Shown here: piece after piece, positions 1-13,344 of the stretch
How positions within the stretch are numbered: the first letter of the stretch is position 1
Layout of the letters: each line of letters begins with the position of its first letter
The notes under the pieces: model-generated
The model's input: only the letters and a program-made list of their open reading frames with translations
Told to the model about the DNA's origin: nothing
Database searches by the model: none
Translations under genes and position numbers: made by a program
NCBI RefSeq assembly: GCF_021869535.1
Contig: NW_026262593.1
Coordinates: 5,952,001 to 6,016,000 of the forward strand
Source: Mytilus californianus
Lineage: Eukaryota
DNA: 64,000 nucleotides
Direction: 5' to 3'

Positions 1-1050
1 TTAGAAAAAGCTTTTTTAAATTTTGCACCTGAAAAGGTTCACATTCGATATTGTAAATTTGTACTTGGTGCCACTAAATATGCTTCTAATATTGCCAGTA
101 TGGCAGAACTTGGTCGTTATCCAATCTCTATATTTGTTATTTTGCAATCTCTTAAATACTGGATATATTTGTATAAAGACCCTCTTTTGAATTTTTCAAA
201 ATTAGCATATAAGTCAATCGAAGATGTTGATTGTACCTTTCCATGTACCTTCAATAAACACATTTTTCAGTTTCTAAAATTCATTGGTTTTGACCATGTC
301 TGGAATGATAAAGGAACTCTGTCAGAAGGAAAACTCATATCTGCAGTGAAAAAGATATTACAAGAAAGATATGGAAAATATTTTTTCTCATGTTTGTCAG
401 GCGAAACCAAAAGAAATTACGCACATATTACAAGTTAAAAAAGGAATATAAACCTGAGACTTATACAAAGCAAAGTTGAATATCTCAAAACAATATATTA
501 GACAGTTATGTTAATTAAGAATTTCTAACCACAATTTACACATTGAAGAAGGCAGATATAATAATACGCCTTTGGATCAAAGAATATGTAAACATATTGT
601 ATTGATAACAAAATTGAAGATGAGTTTCATTTTAAATGTGAATGTAACCTCTATCAAGACGTGAGGAAAAAGTTTAATGATGACATTGTTAATATTATAC
701 CGTGTTTTTGTAATTTAGATAATTTTGATAAATTTAGATATTTAATGAACTGTTCGGAGACTGATGTTCTCAACAGATTTCTTTTATATATAGACAAATG
801 TATTTTGATTAGAAATTCATCAGTGGGAATAATTGCATAATATCACTAGCGGATTTAGGGGTGTTTAGGGGGGGGGGAGCTCTGGATCCGCGCCTGTAAT
901 ATTGAAGTGGTAGTTTTGTCTATTGTTTGTTATAAGTGTCACAATTGTTGTCTCTTTATGTTTTATTTTTCTTTTGTTTTTCTATGTTTTCATGTATTTC
1001 AGCGATGATCCTTTTGTACTGGATTTTATACTGAATAAAATTAGTTAGTT
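1..1050 (+). mobile_element. 3' end of a degraded non-LTR retrotransposon ORF2 (RTE-X/CR1-like LINE) plus 3' UTR
   Basis: Frame 1 from base 1 reads EKVHIRYCKFVLGATKYASNIASMAELGRYP. After frameshifts it reads LRISNHNLHIEEGRYNNTPLDQRICK and KIEDEFHFKCECNLY. These are typical LINE ORF2 C-terminal motifs. AATAAA lies near 1034. Confidence 0.8.
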
Positions 1051-1519
1051 GACAATTGAAATATATCCGTCGTCATCTGCATGTGAAACAGATATTCCAA
1101 AACGACCAACCAACTTGTGATTGCGTCCGTAGAAAGGGATGTTTTTAACTTAACAAATTGGAACTCTTGGTTTAAAAGATTCCTTGTGAGAAGCAACTAC
1201 GGCAATTCTATGATGGGGTACACAGTTGGTATTATCATAAGTTAGTTCAATGCCGGTTATAATGATTATCATAATTACAAATTTAATCTATAACATATGA
1301 ATTAACTTTTGGTTGAAATGTTCATTGTCCAGTTGCAAGTATTTCATGCTGATTTAGAGCGAAATACAAATAATTTTAGAACAGTTGAATTAATAGTTTA
1401 CTAAGTTAAATTGTTTTGTACTAATAAACTCCGATGATGCCGTTTATATTAATCCGAATATTGCACGGCGGGTTTCCCGCAGAATTGACAACACTTTTTT
1501 AAACAGTTCTGGTATTTTA

Positions 1520-1855
1520 CAGATGAAATCGGATATGTTCCTTACGTCGTAACTACAATCCCCTTCCCTTTTCATGAATGTGACCTACCAAATTAGACTA
1601 TTAAATGGGTTTATAATAACATGAGCAACACGACGGGTGCCACATGTGGAGCAGGATCTGTTTACCCTTCCGAAGCACCTGAGATCACCCCTATTTTTTG
1701 GTGGGGTTCGTGTTGCCTAGTCTTTAGTTTTCTATGTTGTGTCATATGTACTATTATTTGTCTGTTTGTCTTTTTCATTTTTAGCCATGGCGTCGTCAGT
1801 TTATTTTCAATCTATGAGTTTGACTGTCCCTCTGGTATCTTTCGCCCCTCTTTTA
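1520..1855 (+). mobile_element. Penelope-like element 3' terminal repeat (non-coding)
   Basis: Similar to the minus-strand sequence at ~61610-62075, which directly follows a Penelope RT remnant (shared ATGAGCAACA.GACGGGTGC.AC.TGTGG..CAGGA.CTG.TTACCCT block). Partial copies at ~14125 and ~42440. Confidence 0.7.
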
Positions 1856-2181
1856 AAAGCTCTTCAAATCATAAACTGTTGATCAGGTTTTCAATTTAAG
1901 GTTTCTAGCATCACTAAACACGATGATGCTCTTTTACATTAAGACATGTTTTACAGTTCAGTGACGTCATGTGGACACGTTTGGAGGAATCGGACAAGTT
2001 TGGTTTTTGGGGGTGGGGGTGGAGTACACATTTCTGAGTGTTACTTGTGTAAACTAGAGGCTCTAAGGAGCCTGTGTCGCTCACCTGATTTATGTTTAAA
2101 ATTGATACATGAAATAATGCATCTTGGTTGGAAGGTTGGAAGGCGGGGTCATAGGTCACATTTTTCAACTAGATACCCTAA

Positions 2182-4599
2182 GGGGACGACCATTTGATAT
2201 TCTGGAGGTGGCCAGGAGGATTTGTTTTGGATCGGTTATTTATTTTTGAAAACTAAGAGGACATATTATTTATTTTCTGCACTGTTGAAGCAAGATTTTT
2301 CATTTTCATTTAAACAAGGGACTGATTATTTATTTTCAAAACTATATTTATAATATTTGAAAACATACAATGGACATCATTCGTAAATATAGCTCAACAT
2401 GCAGACTTCTTATACGTTCAGGTATTTCACATCCAACTTTTTATGGAAATATTCTTTATAAAGCACAAAAATGTCAGTATTCACCTCTGAAGCTAACAAA
2501 ACCTTTAAATAGACTTATTAAGAAGGGATATAGTTACGATACTGTTGTCAGGTCATTAAAGATTGCATATTTTGGCGTTAATATTGATTCACTTATAGGG
2601 TCTTTGCATCGGCACTAAACACATTTATTTAAAAACCAGTTGTTGGCATGACACGGGTTATGTTCTTCTCATATATGTTATGATAGTATGATACTAAACC
2701 CCTAACGGGAAGGATTGTGCCTGATATTCATATGATGAAGACATAATCTTTCAATCAGTTTAATTGAAGTCTGGAGCTGGCATGTCAGTTAACTGCTAGT
2801 AGTCTGTTGTTATTTATGTATTATTGTCATTTTGTTTATTTTCTTAGGTTACATCTTCTGACATCAGACTCGGACTTCTCTTGAACTGAATTTTAATGTG
2901 CGTATTGTTATGCGTTTACTTTTCTACCTTGGCTAGAGGTATAGGGGGAGGGTTTAGATCTCATAAACATGTTTAACCCCGCCGCATTTTTGCGCCTGTC
3001 CCAAGTCAGGAGCCTCTAGCCTTTGTTAGTCTTGTATTATTTTTAATTTTAGTTTCTTGTGTACAATTTGGAGTTTAGTATGGCGTTCATTATCACTGAA
3101 CTAGTATATATATTTGTTTAGGGGCCAGCTGAAGGACGCCTCCGGGTGCGGGAATTTCTCGCTGCATTGAAGACCTGTTGGTGACCTTCTGCTGTTGTCT
3201 GTTCTATGGTCGGGTTGTTGTCTCTTTGACACATTCCCCATTTCCATTCTCAATTTTAATTGTTAAATTCCCTAAAACAATACATGTATAGACGAGTCAT
3301 TATATACCATTTAATCAGAATTAATCATTATCCTCTGCAGAAATGAATCTTCTGCATTCCCAACTGCATTTGCCATGTATAAATACAGTATTGCATACAT
3401 ACATGGTTTTAAATTTTGGCTTTTAAAAGTGTTGCCAAACATTTTTATGCCGAGTGGAGCGAGGCTAAACAAATTAATGAAGGGATTGGAAGCCGCTGAA
3501 GGCCCCCAAGAAGCTATAATAACAAATGATGCAAAATCATGGTTTCTGGGCATTTCCCAGACCCTTTCTTAATCTGAAAAGGCAAGTTCTGTTTTAATAT
3601 TTTTTTTACAATATTTTGGTCTCAAAGCAAAATGTATAGATACAGTGTAAGACTTTAGTTTTTAAGGATAACATCATTTTTTTTTTTTTTTTTTGGGTTA
3701 TGTTATTTTGGTGTTTCGGCTTGCAGAATTTTAATCTTTAAAATTTATACCTGTAAATAATAAGTTTTTTTTTCAAATTAAGTCATGAGGGGGCTGAATA
3801 TCATTGATATAACTATGTCAAGTAAGTTTTTATTAAACATTTCAATTACAACTTGATTTAGCTCCTAACTGGGATACAATTTAAAGTACTAGTAAAGTTG
3901 TAAAAATTAGCTAAAAAGTCTTAAATAAAATATAACTCATGATCAAGTTTAAAACAAAATTACTAAATTACAAAAGGAATGCAACACTAAGAGTATGCAG
4001 AAGGACAATCAATGAACAAAAGACAAACCGGGAACATATAAAACAAGAAACGACAAATAATAAGACAAATAATTCTGAAAACTAAAAATAAATAAGAAAC
4101 ATGGACCACGAAAAAACAGGGGCTCCATCGAGAACAGAACTTTCTTGCAAGACACTCGCCGTGAAAACAATTTGATATGGAGACAAGCTTTTGGTTTTGA
4201 AATTTCCTTCATGAGGCAATTACCTCAATGTAGTTACGGCCCTGTTAATTAAAATTGAGGTAAGTGTTACAGAGAATATAATAATAAAGTTAAATGAAAC
4301 CTATTTCCAGACATTTGAATAATATTTATTCTTTTATAATAAAAAGATTTGGGAAGTCTTTCCCGAATTTTTTTTGGAAAAAGATGAATTTTATGAAGAA
4401 TCTGGTGCCATCACATACTTTTGAATAGCATTTTTAAATTGGCTTAAAAGACCATATTGAGTTATTTTCAAATTACCACAGAACAAACCATTTATTTTTG
4501 GTGATTTTCAAAGCTGAGTTATTTATTTTCAAAATCCTCCTCCCCCCCACCCCCCTCTCCCCCCCCCCCCCCCCCCCCAGAATATCAAATGGTCGTCCC
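2182..4599. mobile_element. PIF/Harbinger-type MITE, enlarged by nested insertions
   Basis: TIR GGGACGACCATTTGATATTCTGG at the left end and its exact reverse complement CCAGAATATCAAATGGTCGTCCC ending at 4599. TAA on both sides (2179-2181, 4600-4602). Related single ends at ~33277 and ~47625. Confidence 0.75.
2362..3258 (+). mobile_element. 5'-truncated Penelope-like retroelement (ORF C-terminus plus 3' UTR)
   Basis: ORF 2370-2618 (GISHPTFYGNILYK...LIKKGYSYDTVVRSL) resembles the C-terminus of molluscan Penelope-like RT ORFs that have no C-terminal GIY-YIG domain. A long UTR related to other repeats in the window follows. Confidence 0.65.
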
Positions 4600-6539
4600 T
4601 AATGATGATTGTGGATAATTTTGGTTAAATTTGTCATATCTGTTTCAGAGGAGAAGATTACATAAATGTTAAAAAATGACTTTAAAGGGCTACAACTCCT
4701 TCAGGGATCAATTGACAATTTTTGTCATGTTGACTTATTTATAGATCTTACTTTGCTGAACATTATTGCTGTTTACAATTTATCTCTCTCTATAATAATA
4801 TTCAAGATAATAACCAAAAATGGCAAAAAAAAATTAAAATTACCAATTCAGGGGCAGCATCCCAACAATGGGTTGTCTGAACTTTAGGGCAGATAGATCT
4901 TGACCTGATGAACATTTTTACCCTATTGTCAGATTTGCTCTAAATGTTTTGGTTTCAGAGATACAGCCAAAATCTACATTTTACACCTATTTTAAGAATG
5001 GAAATGTGCCACCCTATCCCGGACTCAATAATTCAACTCCAAGCACCAGTCTTAGCTGGTTTTTACTTTCTTAATGCAGCGTGCTTAGCGTAAGAATCAG
5101 TATATACCAATTTTAGAGTCTTGTTCCACTTTGCTGTTCTTCAAACACTGACAGGACCACCGAGGCTGTTTTTAAATGGTTTAAAAGAGGCTTGGATATA
5201 AAATGATGGATGCCAATAAAGAATGTCTTAGTGACCCATATTGTATTTTGCTTGTAATTGGTATAATAAAACATATGTTTACAGACTTGATTTGACTGTT
5301 GGAAATTATCCATGAAATGTTAGATACCTACACCCTACACACAATTGCTGCATTCTAAGACTGATAAAAACCCCATATGATGAGAATGAACTATAAACTT
5401 GACAGCAAAGATACAAAAGAAACATTAGACCAAGACATTTATAAAAGACTAAAAAGCAAATTTTCTCAGAATGAAAGAAACATTAATAAAGTGTAAGTGT
5501 GTTGATCACTGCATCTATAACTGTAAGATAATGCTGAAAAGCTGCAACCCTATCTAGTCACTGAGAAGTGCTACACTGTAAATATATAAGCAGCACATAA
5601 TCAGTAACAAGAAAGGCTGTTAACTTGTTAATTTTTGACAGCAGTACTTTTAGCAGTTAAAATGTTTACTCCAGATTTTTGAAGAAAATAAGAACTACAC
5701 AAGAGAAAAAATAAAACTGCACTTCCATTAGACCAGTACATCAAGCCCTTATAAAGAAATTAACATTCTCTCCCTAAGTACTTTACATACAACTCTCAAT
5801 ATTACCCTCATCTTCTCAATTCTTCTTTTTTCTCCCTATAGAACATATATCCATACATACCACTCTCATTATTTACCCTCACCCTCCCTCCAGTTCTCTC
5901 TTATCCATACCAACCTTAACCACCTATATTAGCCTACTCTGTGTGTTAAATATCCCCATGAAAGTGTGTTAGTTGATGAAAAGATTTTAATCATGAAGTA
6001 CCAGGCATGGAAGAATGAAAAAAATCAATACTGAAAAGAAGATCAAAACTTTTCAACATAAACATGGATTTTTTTTAATATTGAGCCAATTTGGAGTTGT
6101 AGTTTTTATTTCAATATTAAATGGTTATCATTATTTTTAAAATTAAGGTAACAGCCAAAGTTACAATAAGCCAAAATGTGTGATGTAAATTTTATTTGAA
6201 GAAATTATCCTTGGATAACCATTTTGCAGCCAAAATATATATTTAATTGAAAGGTGTAAATTTTTTTTGAAAATAAATGAAAAAAAAAATAGTCTAAAGT
6301 AAAAATTGCCAAAAGTTTTTAAAATGCCAAATGGTACAAAAGTACCTGTCTGCTAATGTACTAGCCAGCTGGCCTGAGGGTTATCTGGACTTTAAGGTGC
6401 TAGTTCACCGAAACAAATGGCCGCAGTGACCACCAGTCTCTTCCTTTCGGAGTACCAATTTTAGAGTCTCTGATTTGACTAAAGAAAGACTTATACAGCC
6501 AATATAAAATACCTTGACCCAGTTAACAAAATATAAAAA

Positions 6540-7410
6540 AAACATCCCCAATTAAAATTTAGATAAAAAGTTAAATACATCCCCAATTAAAATTTTGGAA
6601 AAAAAAAGTTAAAAACATCCCTGATTAAAATTTGAACAAAAGATAAAAACAACCCCCATTAAAATTTGGATAAAAATGTAAATACATCCCCAATTAAAAT
6701 TTTGAAAAAAAAGGATTAAAAACATCCCCAATTAAAATTTGAATAAAAGATAAAAACATCCCCACTTAATATTTGGATAAAAAGTTAAAAACTTCCCCAA
6801 TTAAAATTTTGAAAAAAAAGTATTAAAAACATCCCCAATTAAAATTTGAATAAAAGATAAATAAACAACCCCAATTAAAATCTAGATAAAAAGTTAAAAA
6901 CATCCCCAATGAAAATTTAGTAAAAATTTAAAAACTTCCCCAAATAAAATTTGGATAAAAGATAAAAACATCCCCAATTAAAAATTTGGTTAAAAAGTTA
7001 AAAACATCCCCAATTAAAATTTAGTAAAAAGTTAAAAGCTTCCCCAACTTAAATTTGGATAAAAGTTTAAAACAGCCCCAATAAAAATTTGAATAAAAAA
7101 TAAAAGCATCCCCATTTAAAATTTGAATAAAAGATATAAACATCCCCAATTAAAATTTGGATAAAAAGATAAAAAGATCCCCAATTAAAAATTTGGTTAA
7201 AAAGTTAAAAACATCCCCAATTAAAATTTAGTAAAAAGTTAAAAGCTTCCCCAACCTAAATTTGGATAAAAGTTTAATACAGCCCCAATAAAAATTTGAA
7301 TAAAAGATAAAAGCATCCCCATTTAAAATTTGAATAAAAGATATAAACAACCCCAATTAAAATTTGGATAAAAATTTAAAACATCCCCAATTAAAATTTG
7401 GATAAAAACA
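6540..7410. repeat. AT-rich tandem array, ~34-35 bp unit (CATCCCCAATTAAAATTTGGATAAAAAGTTAAAAA), ~25 copies
   Basis: Directly visible periodicity with A-run length variation. Confidence 0.95.
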
Positions 7411-7412
7411 TA

Positions 7413-7760
7413 TTGACATAGCCACTGCGCTCTGCCAACCTTGTACTCGTAAAGCGAATACATGGTACACGGTCTGACCAAGTTTGGCAGAGCGCGGTGG
7501 CTATGTCAAACTAGTACCAGTAACGCGAATACATGGTACACGGTCTGACCAAGTCGACGACTCGGTCTCATACCAGTAATAGCGGATACTTGATATGTAT
7601 GGTACTTTGGAAAAGGTTTAGACCGCGACTCGGTCACAGTCTGACCAAGTCACCCTTGGTCTGACCAAGTCAACAGACTTGGTGTTGACTTGGTCACGGT
7701 CTAAATGAGTGATGTCACTCAGTTCATACCAGTACTAGCGGATACTTGATATGTATGGTG
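7413..7760. repeat. GC-rich mosaic of inverted and direct repeats
   Basis: 26-bp inverted repeat 7413-7438 / 7484-7509 (1 mismatch). Direct repeats GCGAATACATGGTACACGGTCTGACCAAGT x2 and ACCAGTA.TAGCGGATACTTGATATGTATGG x2. Inverted pair ACCAAGTCAAC/GTTGACTTGGT. Confidence 0.85.
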
Positions 7761-8934
7761 GGGACGTTACTATACCTAAATGGGAAGTATAGTATCTGTG
7801 AACCCTAAACACAGATGGCGACTTAACTTCCCATACATGTAATCAAGTATCCAATGCTATTACGGATTGTTATGTTTATAATATTACTGCTGAAAAACCT
7901 ACCACAATAATAAAATAGAAACATTGCATCCAAGTTTCCTGTGGTAAGAAGTGAAATATTTTTTTTTTATCAAAGTTCAGATATACTAAGTAGTCCAGTT
8001 TTAATTGGTTTCCTTGCAGGTTTTCAAAAGGATTCAAGAAGATATCACCTTTGGGTAAATACAATGTGTCAGTAACTCAACAGTAGAGTAAAACCAAAAG
8101 AAAGCTATGAAAATGTCTAAGTACAATCTTTCCTAATAAACGGTTATAACTAATGGTATCTTAATGTAATAAGGTTCTTTTTTTGCATTGCAAGTGTTTG
8201 CACGAACAATGGCACATTTATGTCATACAAATGCTAGTCAGATTACCTTCACATAGCATTGAAATAACTATCAAATGTTGAATATTGACTAATGACAATG
8301 TACCTTCATTTTAAAGGTATACTGTGCATAAAATATAACAGGCCCTGATACTCTTGACAGTGTTATTACTATATGCTAGTAGTACAAATCAGTATATATA
8401 TACATTATAGGTACTTATTTCATGATGTAGGTGTTAGAAACTATAGGTCACTGTTAGCAAGTTATAAAAGGTGCCGATATAACAAAATATGATACAATTT
8501 CAAATGCAGAAACCATTATGGCCTGATCTATGTAAAAAAAACATACGAAAAACAATTAGAAATGATTACCATTGAATTGTATGTTAACTCAAGTCTATTT
8601 TAGCCTGGCCTTCAACAAGTGAACCTCAAAATCGACAGGAATCACCATTACACAAAACATAATTCACGCAGATGGAGAGCCGTCTCATTGGCACTCATAC
8701 CACATCTTCTGATATCTATAGAATCACTATACCCTAAAATATTATTCTGAAGGGATCAATATAAACTGAAATATTATTAAAGCCAACCAGTCTCTTAGTT
8801 TTTATTGCTACTAAATGTTGTGTACTGAGCAGATACATAGCAAATACCAGCTTTTAGTCTTGTGTGGTCTGACCCAGCCAGGGATTTAAACTCAAAACTC
8901 TTCCTCTCAAAATAACTGAAACATATTCTAATAA

Positions 8935-9862
8935 ACTGCTTTGCTGAGCGCAGCTGGATACGCCCGCAGAGGTCCAACCCTGAACAGTTGGGGCAAAAAT
9001 GGACACAATATTCAAGCTTGATACAGGTCTAAATTTGGATTGTAATTAAATATTTGACATATTATAGGTTTCTGAATAAATGTAGTCAAAGAACTTGAAA
9101 TTGGTTATAATATATGAATTGAATTATATTCAATTAAAGATTGTAAATCTGTTATCAGACTATAAACAAATAAAATCTTATAACTCGGAAACGTAAAATC
9201 GAAAATTTAAAAAAATCAAAAGGGAGCTTACAAAAATAGATATAAAACAATTTACCAAAGTTTCATAAAAAATGCTGAAAGCATTTTTGAGTTATTGTCC
9301 GAAAACTGGAAAATCCCCCTTTTTGTAATGAATAAAACCCAATAAATAAGAAACTTATTGTCTAAAATTTATAAAACTCAAAAGGGAGCTCATGCCAATA
9401 GAAATAAACAATTCACCAAAGTTTCTTGCAAATTGGTGAAATTGTTTTTGAGTTATTGTCCGAAAACTGAAAAATCCCCCCTTTTTTAATGAATAAAACC
9501 CCAAAATTGGAAATGGTAAATCTGAAATTTATTAAAAACGAAAGGGAGCTCACGTCAATAGATATAAACAATTCACAAAAGTTTCATGCAAATTGGTGAA
9601 ATTGTTTGAGTTATTGTCCGAAAACTGGAAAATCCCCCCCTTTTTTAATGAATAAAACCCCAAAACTAGGAAACGGTAATTCCGAAATTTATAAAAAACA
9701 AAAGGGAGGTCACGTCAATAGATAATAAACAATTCACCAAAGTTTCATGCATATTGGTTATAGCGTTTTTGAATTAATGTCCGACATGTTGACGACGGAT
9801 GGACGGACAGACGGACGGTCAACAGTATACTATAATACGTCCCTTAAACGGGCGTATAAAAA
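8935..9862 (+). mobile_element. HINE-like non-autonomous element with ~160-bp internal tandem repeats
   Basis: TTGAGTTATTGTCCGAAAACT recurs at ~9287, 9448 and 9606. GACG/GACA microsatellite at ~9790-9820. Terminal palindrome-like ATACGTCCC...GGGCGTAT followed by an A-run. This is the architecture of bivalve pearl/HINE-type elements. Confidence 0.65.
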
Positions 9863-12800
9863 GCAGTACTAAATATTATTTTAAAGAAACATAAAAAAAG
9901 TTCAAATAAATGTTATTTATTAAAATGAGAAATGATTAATGTAGCAATCAACTTATATAATACTGCTACTTAAGACATAAGAATATGGCAATATTGAAAA
10001 AACATACACCCTGCTTTAAAAAACCCTTATACATTGTAGGGAAGAATCATAGGTGTTTAATTGTTACAGAAATTTTAACTTTACAATTGTTATGAACTAG
10101 CAAACAGGGAAATTAGGTGATGTTATTCCACTTGATAATAGTAAGTAAAACAAATAATAATATATTACATTATTGAGACTACTAAACATACAAGTAAAAC
10201 CATATTTGCATTCTATAAAATATACCATTCCTTCTAATGCATTATGAAATACTATTTGACATTTCTTTTAAACTATTGCAAAAGAATTCACTAACTAAAA
10301 TCAAGAGGAGCAGCATTCAATTTCTTGGACAGGGTGTTAAATATTAATTAAAAGCTAAGAAAAAAAATTATGAAGTCACAGGATTAAATTACCATTAAAT
10401 TCAAAAACAAGTTAAATCTTCTTTTTTACAAATAATAAGGGTAGTCTCCTATTTGCATTAGCCTTATCATGAAATACTGTTACCGAAAGTACCGTCAAAT
10501 ATGGGAGATAACTCATTAAACTTAAAATGAAGTCAGAATTGGGAGGAAGGGGCATTTAATATCAGATAAAATTGAGAATGGAAGCACTTTTGTAGATGAT
10601 GATGATGTAAATATAATTTGAAATCCCCATGTCAGACCAAACCACTTAACGCATTATCTAGTCCTGTTTACAAGCTGATTTTATTTACAGAGCTCTAAAT
10701 AATACTGTCATCTTACTTTATTTATATCTGATATAGCATATCCAACCAAAAAAAAAATATAACAATTATAAATAAACTAGTACATTCTAATTTATTGCAG
10801 GACTTCCATGCAGTGAAAAAACTAGCTCATATGAAGAGAAAGAAAAGTTTACATAACAATAAGATCTAAATGGGACATGTTTGTGATGATACATTGTACC
10901 TACAATTACACATACACTTGCAGTTCTGCCTAATTATAAGTTTTGAATGTTGTACTATACGCTGAATACTAAGTTAACCTTCTACAAAAAAATCAAGCAA
11001 CAAATATAAATGAAACTTTCATACAGCTTATAAATTTGCAATCTTTCCCTTATTCTTGTTGGTCCTTTATTCACAAAAAATGATTTTTTTTTTTATCCAT
11101 TTTACAAAAAAATTTACTTGTATAATAATATAATGTAGCGAAATATATCCAATATTTATTACAGCCTCGCTAATGGTCATATATACATGATTTGTATACA
11201 TACATATAGTCACTTTTTTTTTTTAATATAACTCCTCTTTCCAAATGTATTCATGACTGGCAGATGAATTTGTACAAAATTCAAATGAATAAGCTGCTAT
11301 ATTTTTTTTCCACACTGATTTAGTCTTTTTTAACCGACTCTAACGTCAACTCATCTTATGTTTTAGTGATATCAAATACCGGGTCTTTTTTCAAATAGAT
11401 ACCACCCACAAAGAAACATATTTGAAACTAGACAATGCGATTCCTCTTTAAGGAACTGTATTACAACAAAGGCAACGTAGGACTATATTTGAGATATTGT
11501 GACTGGGAGACACTATAATGATGCCCCAACAGATACAAAGTGTTATTTTAAAATACACAAAGCTGAGCATGGATTGAATAGTCTATGGTTCACTGTAGGA
11601 GGAGTTATCCAGAAATACTATGCACCTCTTATGCAAGTAAATACTCAAAAAATTACTAAGTTCAACTATCTCCCAAAAGAGCTATTATATATATAAAAAA
11701 AAATCAAAATCCTCTGTACCACATGCACACCTTCAATATATGTTCAATCGGCCAGCAAAGTTATCTGGAATAGCTGTGATTTGGATGGAGAGTTGTCTCA
11801 TTGGAGCTAATTTCACATCTTCTTATATCTATATAACCATAATAGGACGGTAGGAAGTAGGGACAGGAGTAAAACAATATGCCCCCCCCCCCCCCAACTG
11901 AAAGGGCATAACAATAGATTTAAACCAATGGCAGCTGGTTGTTCTCACAAGTCACATCAAAGTCTTACATTAAACACCTAGTACATGTATTAACTAAGAC
12001 CATTTAGGGGGGACTGTAGGCATATGAAATTCAAATGTAATCAACATATCTGGTTTGAAAGAATAAATCTTTACAACTGGCTCTCCCCCTATCTCTCTTT
12101 AAACATAATTGTATTACTACATACATTTTTTTGTCAATAAGTGTTTCCAAGTTTGTCTGATCAACAGAATCCATTCTTCTGCTTCAGTTGATTTCTAAAT
12201 TAAAAAGCACGCTTTGTCTACAAATAGAAAAAAAAATTCATTCAAAATATGTAAACTAAAATTCACAAAATAATATATATAATGTTGATGTCAGAAGATA
12301 TTTACATTTTATCCATATATGGGGCAACCAGGAGACAGAGGCTGAAGAAATTCTTCATATAAAGCAGTCCGGAATTGCATTTAATCTTAAGGCATCTTAA
12401 GTATGAAATGCCACCATTGTACTTACATTTTGCTTCAGATTTGTTTAAAATAAACTCGTCAATTTTTTCAGGCACCATGGATTAAAAATTTTCATTTAAC
12501 CAAAAGATTTGATGGATAAGGACAATACGCCTTCAACCTGTTTAACCCCGCCATACTCTGTATGTGCCTGTAATTCAGTGGTTAAAACTGTTGCTGTGTT
12601 ACATATTTGTTTTGTTCATTATTTTGGACATAAATTATACAGTTTGTTTTCTCGATTGAATTGTTTTACAATTTTCATTTTTGGCCCATTTATAGCTGAC
12701 TATGCAGTATGGGTTTAACTCATTTTTGAAGGCAGTACTGTGACCTAAATTTGTTAATTTCTGTGTCATTTAGTCTCTTGTGGAGTTTTCCAAATTGCAA

Positions 12801-13344
12801 TCGTATCACATCTTCATATTTTTATATCTATAATTAGCATGATTAGGTGTTGTATTAGGATAGAAGCAATAAAACTAGAACCCTTCATTATCTTTAATGT
12901 TACCTTGAAACAAGGATTTAAGGATTTACCGTCAACATACATACCTTAAAGTTGGTATTATTTTACATCCAGGTCCTACTTTCCTTAGATTTTACTTCAA
13001 TAAATCATTTACGTGTTTGCAAAGTATCCTGGATAACTGAAAAAAAATTGAATCCTTAACTGTGATAGTAGTAAAAATACTTATTGAAGGCCGTATGTTG
13101 ACCAATAGTTGTTAACTTCTACATTCTTTAGTCTCTGGTGGAGTCAGTTGTCTCATTGGCAGTTATACCACATCTTATTTCGATATTTATACATGTATAT
13201 GGAATTTAGTCAATGTAATCAACATCTAATCATAGCAGTAAATACATAACATTTTATCTAATACATATACATGTATATTATCAGGCATATAAGTCTTCTT
13301 AATACACTAGGCTGATTTTCATGAATCTTTATATTTTGTTTACT

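Larger units (their letters stand above)
2052..4995 (+). mobile_element. HINE-like (Helentron-associated) repeat interrupted by nested insertions
   Basis: The sequence before 2179 (aactagaggctctaaggagcctgtgtcgctcacc...ctagataccc) continues as ...taatgatgattgtgg after 4600. Family assignment is from recognition of bivalve repeats. Confidence 0.5.

Noticed and set aside
1621-1899. Hydrophobic 92-aa ORF and its relatives (61789-62067, 42514-42747)
   Set aside because: They lie in a multicopy Penelope-like terminal repeat and the frames are not conserved between copies.
2725-2800. Possible SECIS element (ATGA...hairpin...GGA) in the Penelope-like 3' UTR
   Set aside because: The non-Watson-Crick quartet and apical AA could not be placed in a canonical geometry by hand. 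SECISearch would be needed.
3125-3180. CTGAAGGA hammerhead-like start
   Set aside because: No CUGANGA/GAAA pair with stems.
7920-8054. Two micro-exon candidates (NIASKFPV / VFKRIQEDITFG), plus similar ones at 10801-10869 and 12426-12477
   Set aside because: Splice-like signals are frequent in AT-rich DNA, phases do not chain into a gene and no family was recognised.
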